Assembly: GCA_040753675.1 (NCBI GenBank)
Contig: JBFMEB010000002.1
Coordinates: 41,888-105,887 of the forward strand
From: Candidatus Omnitrophota bacterium
GTDB lineage: Bacteria > Omnitrophota > Gorgyraeia > JAHJTE01
Length of the DNA stretch: 64,000 bases
Direction of reading: 5' to 3'
The notes beneath the pieces were generated by a model. It had not been told where the DNA came from. It saw only the letters and a list, made by a program, of their open reading frames with translations, and did no database searches. The translations under genes and the position numbers were made by a program. How positions within the stretch are numbered: the first letter of the stretch is position 1; each line of letters begins with the position of its first letter. Below, one piece after another: positions 60,020-64,000 of the stretch.

Positions 60020-61453
60020 ATGACTTTGGAAGGTGGAAATATTATGTCTCCCAATAGAAAAAATGGCTTGAAACAACTGGATGTGTTCGCACTTTTTCTT
60101 CCGGACATAAAAGAGCTCATTGCAGCGAAGAATTTTACTGACCTTAAAGAATTTATCAAGAAGATAAATTCTATAGATATTGCAGAGGGTTGGTCAAAAC
60201 TTACCCTTCAGGAGAGCCTGCTTTTATTTAAACTTCTTTCTCCTAAGAGAGCAGTAGAGGTATTCGAAGACCTGCGCTTCGAAGACCAATCCCGTCTTTT
60301 AAGCAACCTCAATAGCGAAGAAGCTTCGAGCATATTAAACGAGATGGCTCCTGATGACAGGTCACGGCTATTCAAAGACCTCTCTCCCAAGCTAATGAAA
60401 AAATTCCTTAATCTTCTCAAGAGCGAAGAGATATCCAATGTTAAGGAGCTTCTTACTTACCGCCATGGAACCGCAGGCAGCTTAATGACTACTGATGTAA
60501 TTGAAATTAAAAAGGACATGACTGCCAGAAAAGCCCTTCTCACTCTGCAGGAGCGCCTTACGAGCGGCCATACCAAAGATATATATTCTATATATGTTAC
60601 AGATGACGAGCATGTCCTTATAGGAGCAGTTGGCCTTCAGCTTCTTCTTAAGGCACCTCAGGACATTCTGATAAAGGATATAATGACCGGGATTGACGAT
60701 ATTAAGGTCAATGCCAAGCTTAGCAAAGGAGCAGTGGCAAAACATTTCTCAAAGTATGATTTATTGGATGCGCCGGTTGTTGACGATAATGGTCAACTTC
60801 TGGGAGTTATAACTGTTGACGACGTAGTCGAGCTCATAGAGCGCCAGGCAACAAGCGATATGTATGGGGTAGGCAAAATGAGTTCAGCTGAAGGTGAGAT
60901 TATACGTTACCAGACAGCCACGGTCACAGAACTTGTTAAAAGGCGCGCGGGTTGGCTTATTGCCCTTTTGATATTTGATTTCTTGACAGGCACTGTCTTA
61001 AAAAACTTTGAGGCAACCTTAAGTGCTGTTGTATCGCTGACATTTTTTATACCAATGCTTCTTGATACAGGAGGCAATGCCGGCGCCCAGACTTCAATTA
61101 CCATAATCCGGGGACTTGCTACTGGCGATGTCTCATTTAAAAATGTTTGGAAAGTAATTAGACTTGAAATTTTTGCTGCTTTTCTCATGGCAGCGATAGT
61201 TGGTAGTGTTGCCCTCAGCAGAGCTTTCTTGTTGCAGAAAGATTTCTGGCTTGCCTCGGTAGTAGGAATTACTATGTTCCTGATAGTGCTTGTGGCAATC
61301 TCTACTGGTATTACCTTGCCTCTTCTCTCGAAGCGAGTAGGACTAGATCCAGCAGCACTGGCAGGGCCCATAACCACAAGCATTGTAGATGTAATTGGTC
61401 TCATAGTATATTTTAAAGTAGCTCAGGCCTTTATTCCTGCCTTAAGATTTTAG
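60020..61453 (+). CDS. mgtE: magnesium transporter MgtE
   Basis: MgtE N-domain, tandem CBS (GVITVDDVVELIE), C-terminal 5-TM domain. True start may be Met at 60044. Confidence 0.9.
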   Translation: MTLEGGNIMSPNRKNGLKQLDVFALFLPDIKELIAAKNFTDLKEFIKKINSIDIAEGWSKLTLQESLLLFKLLSPKRAVEVFEDLRFEDQSRLLSNLNSEEASSILNEMAPDDRSRLFKDLSPKLMKKFLNLLKSEEISNVKELLTYRHGTAGSLMTTDVIEIKKDMTARKALLTLQERLTSGHTKDIYSIYVTDDEHVLIGAVGLQLLLKAPQDILIKDIMTGIDDIKVNAKLSKGAVAKHFSKYDLLDAPVVDDNGQLLGVITVDDVVELIERQATSDMYGVGKMSSAEGEIIRYQTATVTELVKRRAGWLIALLIFDFLTGTVLKNFEATLSAVVSLTFFIPMLLDTGGNAGAQTSITIIRGLATGDVSFKNVWKVIRLEIFAAFLMAAIVGSVALSRAFLLQKDFWLASVVGITMFLIVLVAISTGITLPLLSKRVGLDPAALAGPITTSIVDVIGLIVYFKVAQAFIPALRF

Positions 61454-61523
61454 TTTCAATTCAAGATGGTTTTATAAATCTTTCTCCTTGTAAGCAAAAA
61501 GAAGCTTTGTTAAGATAGTTTTT

Positions 61524-62162
61524 ATGTTCGAAGATAGAGAGGATGCAGGAAGAAATCTTGCCAAGGCATTAGAAAAATACAAAGATAAAGGAGTCATTGT
61601 TCTTGCCATACCCCGGGGCGGAGTTGAAGTCGGATACGAAGTAGCCAGATATCTCAACGCAGATTTTTCAATTATAATTTCCAGAAAACTGCCCTTTCCC
61701 GATAACCCTGAATCCGGTTTTGGAGCAGTTGCCGAGGATGGAAGTTTATTTCTCTTTGCCGGCTTTGAGGCATTGCTCTCGAAAGAGGAAGTTAATCGGA
61801 TAATCAGCGAGCAGAAATCAGAAATTATTAGGCGCATAACAGTTCTGCGCGCTGGAAAGCCGCTGCCCAATATTAGAGAAAAAATCGTAATACTGGTGGA
61901 TGATGGAATTGCTATGGGTTCTACAATGCGCTCAGCAATAACCTTATGTAAAAATAAAAAAGCAAAAAGAATCGTAGTGGCTGTTCCTGTTTCAGGAGAA
62001 GAGGCAGAAAGGGATTTCGCTGCCCTTGTTGATGAGGTGATAATTTTGGAAAAGCCGCATTTTTTTCAGGCAGTAGCTCAGGCGTATAAAAATTGGCATG
62101 ACGTAAGGGATAAAGAAGTTATATCTATATTAGAAAAGTGGGGAAGCAAAAAATATGAATAA
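61524..62162 (+). CDS. type I phosphoribosyltransferase-domain protein
   Basis: PRPP-binding motif VILVDDGIAMGSTM. Confidence 0.75.
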   Translation: MFEDREDAGRNLAKALEKYKDKGVIVLAIPRGGVEVGYEVARYLNADFSIIISRKLPFPDNPESGFGAVAEDGSLFLFAGFEALLSKEEVNRIISEQKSEIIRRITVLRAGKPLPNIREKIVILVDDGIAMGSTMRSAITLCKNKKAKRIVVAVPVSGEEAERDFAALVDEVIILEKPHFFQAVAQAYKNWHDVRDKEVISILEKWGSKKYE

Positions 62163-62661
62163 GAAGAGGAGGAATGCTGACATGTTAATTCCGACCATAA
62201 TTATGGGGTTATTGGCAATTATCTTGATTTTTATAGGATATCTTAAAGGCCAGCATATTGAGGGAATAAAATCCGCCTTAAATATGACTATTCAGATTTT
62301 GCCGATATTATTATTTTCATTCATAGTAGCAAGTATGGTTCAGTTGTTGATACCTCGCGAAGTTTTAACTAATTTGGTAGGCAAGGAGTCGGGCCTAAGG
62401 GGAATATTTATTGGCACAATAGCCGGGGCATTTTCTCCGGGCGGGCCTTATATAAGTTTGCCTATTGTTGCGGCGCTACTACGCGCTGGTGCAAGCATAG
62501 GGACTTCAGTAGCATTCCTTACTGGGTGGTCATTATGGGCTGTAAGCCGCCTGCCTATGGAGGTTGGGATATTAGGTTGGAGATTTACGCTTATAAGACT
62601 TATCAGTGTTTTCTTTTTCCCACCAATTGCCGGCCTGATTGCTCAGGCGTTAACGAAATAA
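62155..62661 (+). CDS. small polytopic membrane protein (putative permease)
   Basis: 4-5 TM helices. 8-bp overlap with the upstream gene. Confidence 0.45.
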   Translation: MNKKRRNADMLIPTIIMGLLAIILIFIGYLKGQHIEGIKSALNMTIQILPILLFSFIVASMVQLLIPREVLTNLVGKESGLRGIFIGTIAGAFSPGGPYISLPIVAALLRAGASIGTSVAFLTGWSLWAVSRLPMEVGILGWRFTLIRLISVFFFPPIAGLIAQALTK

Positions 62662-62668
62662 AAGTATA

Positions 62669-63790
62669 ATGGAAAAGATAGAAATTAGTATTGTGGGTGC
62701 TGGGGTTATAGGTCTGGCTATTGGCTTAGAGCTATCTAAGAGCAATAGCAATATTTTTTTGATTGAGAAAAATTTCTCCTTTGGCCAAGAAATAAGTTCA
62801 CGAAATAGCGAGGTAATCCATGCGGGAATTTACTACCCAAAGGATTCTCTAAAGACCAAGACCTGCATAGAAGGCAGGGATTTGCTTTACGAATTTTGTG
62901 CTAAAAATAATATTAATCACAAAAAGATAGGAAAGCTTATCGTGGCTATAAATAATAATGAGATAAGCGACTTAGAAAATCTTTTTAAACATGCAAGCGA
63001 AAATGAAGTTGCCGGCTTAAAATTTCTTTCAAAAAGCGAGGTAAAAAAAATTGAGCCCAACATAGAAGCGCAAGCAGCTATATATTCAGCATCTACAGGC
63101 ATTTTAGATTCCCATAATTTAATGAAAAATATAGCGCTACAATTTGAAAGTGAAGGCGGCACCATTGCCTATAATACAGAGGTAATCGGCGTAGAAAAGG
63201 TTAAAAACGGATTTGAAGTTGCAGTTAGCGATAAGCGGGAAGGTGCTTTTAAATTCTTTAGCCATATTTTAATCAATGCCGCAGGTTTAAATTCAGACAA
63301 GATATCGAGTATGGCTGGCTTTGCAAAGGACGAATACAGATTAAAATACTGTAAAGGCGATTATTTTCGGGTTAATAAAGATAAGGCAAGATTCATCAAT
63401 AGGCTCGTGTATCCTGTTCCTAAAAAAGACAGAGCTGGATTAGGAATACATGCGACTTTAGACTTGGCAGGAGGTTTGCGTTTAGGCCCGGATGATGAAT
63501 ATGTGAGAGAGATAGATTATAATGTCGATTCTTCTAAAAGAGAAATTTTTTACGAAAGTGTAAAGACATTTTTACCTTTTATTGATTTAGAAGATTTAAG
63601 CCCGGATATAGCCGGTATCAGGCCAAAACTCCAAGGGCCAGGAGAGGATTTTAGAGATTTTATTATTAAGGAGGAAAGCAATAACGACCTGCCCGGCCTT
63701 ATAAACCTTATCGGCATCGAATCCCCTGGTTTAACCAGCTCATTTTCTGTTGCAAAAATAGTTAGAGACATGGTTTTGAATTTGAGATAG
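62669..63790 (+). CDS. FAD-dependent oxidoreductase (L-2-hydroxyglutarate oxidase/LhgO-like)
   Basis: GAGVIGLAIG dinucleotide motif, HAGIYYP, DAO family length. Confidence 0.7.
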   Translation: MEKIEISIVGAGVIGLAIGLELSKSNSNIFLIEKNFSFGQEISSRNSEVIHAGIYYPKDSLKTKTCIEGRDLLYEFCAKNNINHKKIGKLIVAINNNEISDLENLFKHASENEVAGLKFLSKSEVKKIEPNIEAQAAIYSASTGILDSHNLMKNIALQFESEGGTIAYNTEVIGVEKVKNGFEVAVSDKREGAFKFFSHILINAAGLNSDKISSMAGFAKDEYRLKYCKGDYFRVNKDKARFINRLVYPVPKKDRAGLGIHATLDLAGGLRLGPDDEYVREIDYNVDSSKREIFYESVKTFLPFIDLEDLSPDIAGIRPKLQGPGEDFRDFIIKEESNNDLPGLINLIGIESPGLTSSFSVAKIVRDMVLNLR

Positions 63791-63811
63791 AATTAATACA
63801 AGGAGGTAGTT

Positions 63812-64000
63812 ATGGCTAAAAAAATAATTTCATTTATATTTTGTGCGTTACTATTAGTCAACATGTGTGGTTGTGTAGCTCTTTTAGCCGGAGCAGCAGG
63901 AGGCGCAGGCACGGCAACATGGCTTTCTGGAAAATTAAGCCAAGAAGTAAATGCCTCATTTGAAAAGAGCCTGAAGGCTAGCCGGACCGCTTTAAAGTCG
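63812..64000 (+). CDS. lipoprotein, 3' partial at window edge
   Basis: Signal peptide with lipobox-like NMCGC. Runs off the window. Confidence 0.35.
   Translation, partial: MAKKIISFIFCALLLVNMCGCVALLAGAAGGAGTATWLSGKLSQEVNASFEKSLKASRTALKS

Noticed and set aside
59856-60043. Possible M-box (Mg) riboswitch upstream of mgtE
   Set aside because: The leader is only ~100 nt after the terminator and lacks recognisable M-box helices. A terminator and a promoter were annotated instead.
61472-61870. 132-aa minus-strand ORF overlapping the phosphoribosyltransferase gene
   Set aside because: The plus-strand gene has a clear PRPP-binding motif. The antisense ORF has no features.

Overview
Low-GC bacterial window, probably an uncultivated lineage. 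Positions 1-26.3 kb are a syntenic core: a nitrogen-assimilation cluster (amtB, glnK, glnA, a class-I amidotransferase, a Fis-type HTH mini-gene, gltB, gltD), then pyrG, carA, carB, a membrane serine protease, dnaX, recR, and an AmmeMemoRadiSam locus that appears exported. The locus has a radical SAM enzyme with a Tat-like signal, a membrane spermidine-synthase-like protein, and a Sec-signal MEMO1-AMMECR1 fusion. Positions 26.4-29.3 kb hold a zeta-toxin-like kinase, a hairpin-rich non-coding stretch, a truncated ParB-like HTH and an IS3/IS481-type transposase. Positions 29.3-38.2 kb are a complete Pho regulon: phoU-pstBACS, a porin, a PhoR-like kinase and three response regulators. Positions 38.3-57.2 kb are a prophage-like integrative element. 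It carries an excisionase-like HTH, a Cas4-like nuclease, SWIM and SLOG proteins, a GC-rich structured non-coding island, a CsoR-regulated MerA / MerT-HMA / triple-HMBD metal module, an unknown seven-gene minus-strand operon ending in a secreted PLD nuclease, a replication module with ori-type iterons inside the replisome-organizer gene, a LexA-like repressor and a large serine recombinase. The recombinase abuts a minus-strand tRNA-Asn(GUU) gene whose anticodon loop carries a 295-nt group I intron (conserved R and S core elements present). Two near-identical copies of 'tRNA 3' end plus terminator hairpin', with compensatory stem changes, lie at 27.4 kb and 59.9 kb and look like att-site scars. 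The 3' end (57.7-64 kb) has a HEAT-repeat protein, a higBA-like pair, mgtE, a phosphoribosyltransferase, a small permease, an LhgO-like flavoprotein and a partial lipoprotein. A CACAGAT / ACAGATGATCAC motif family marks two intergenic regions of the nitrogen cluster.
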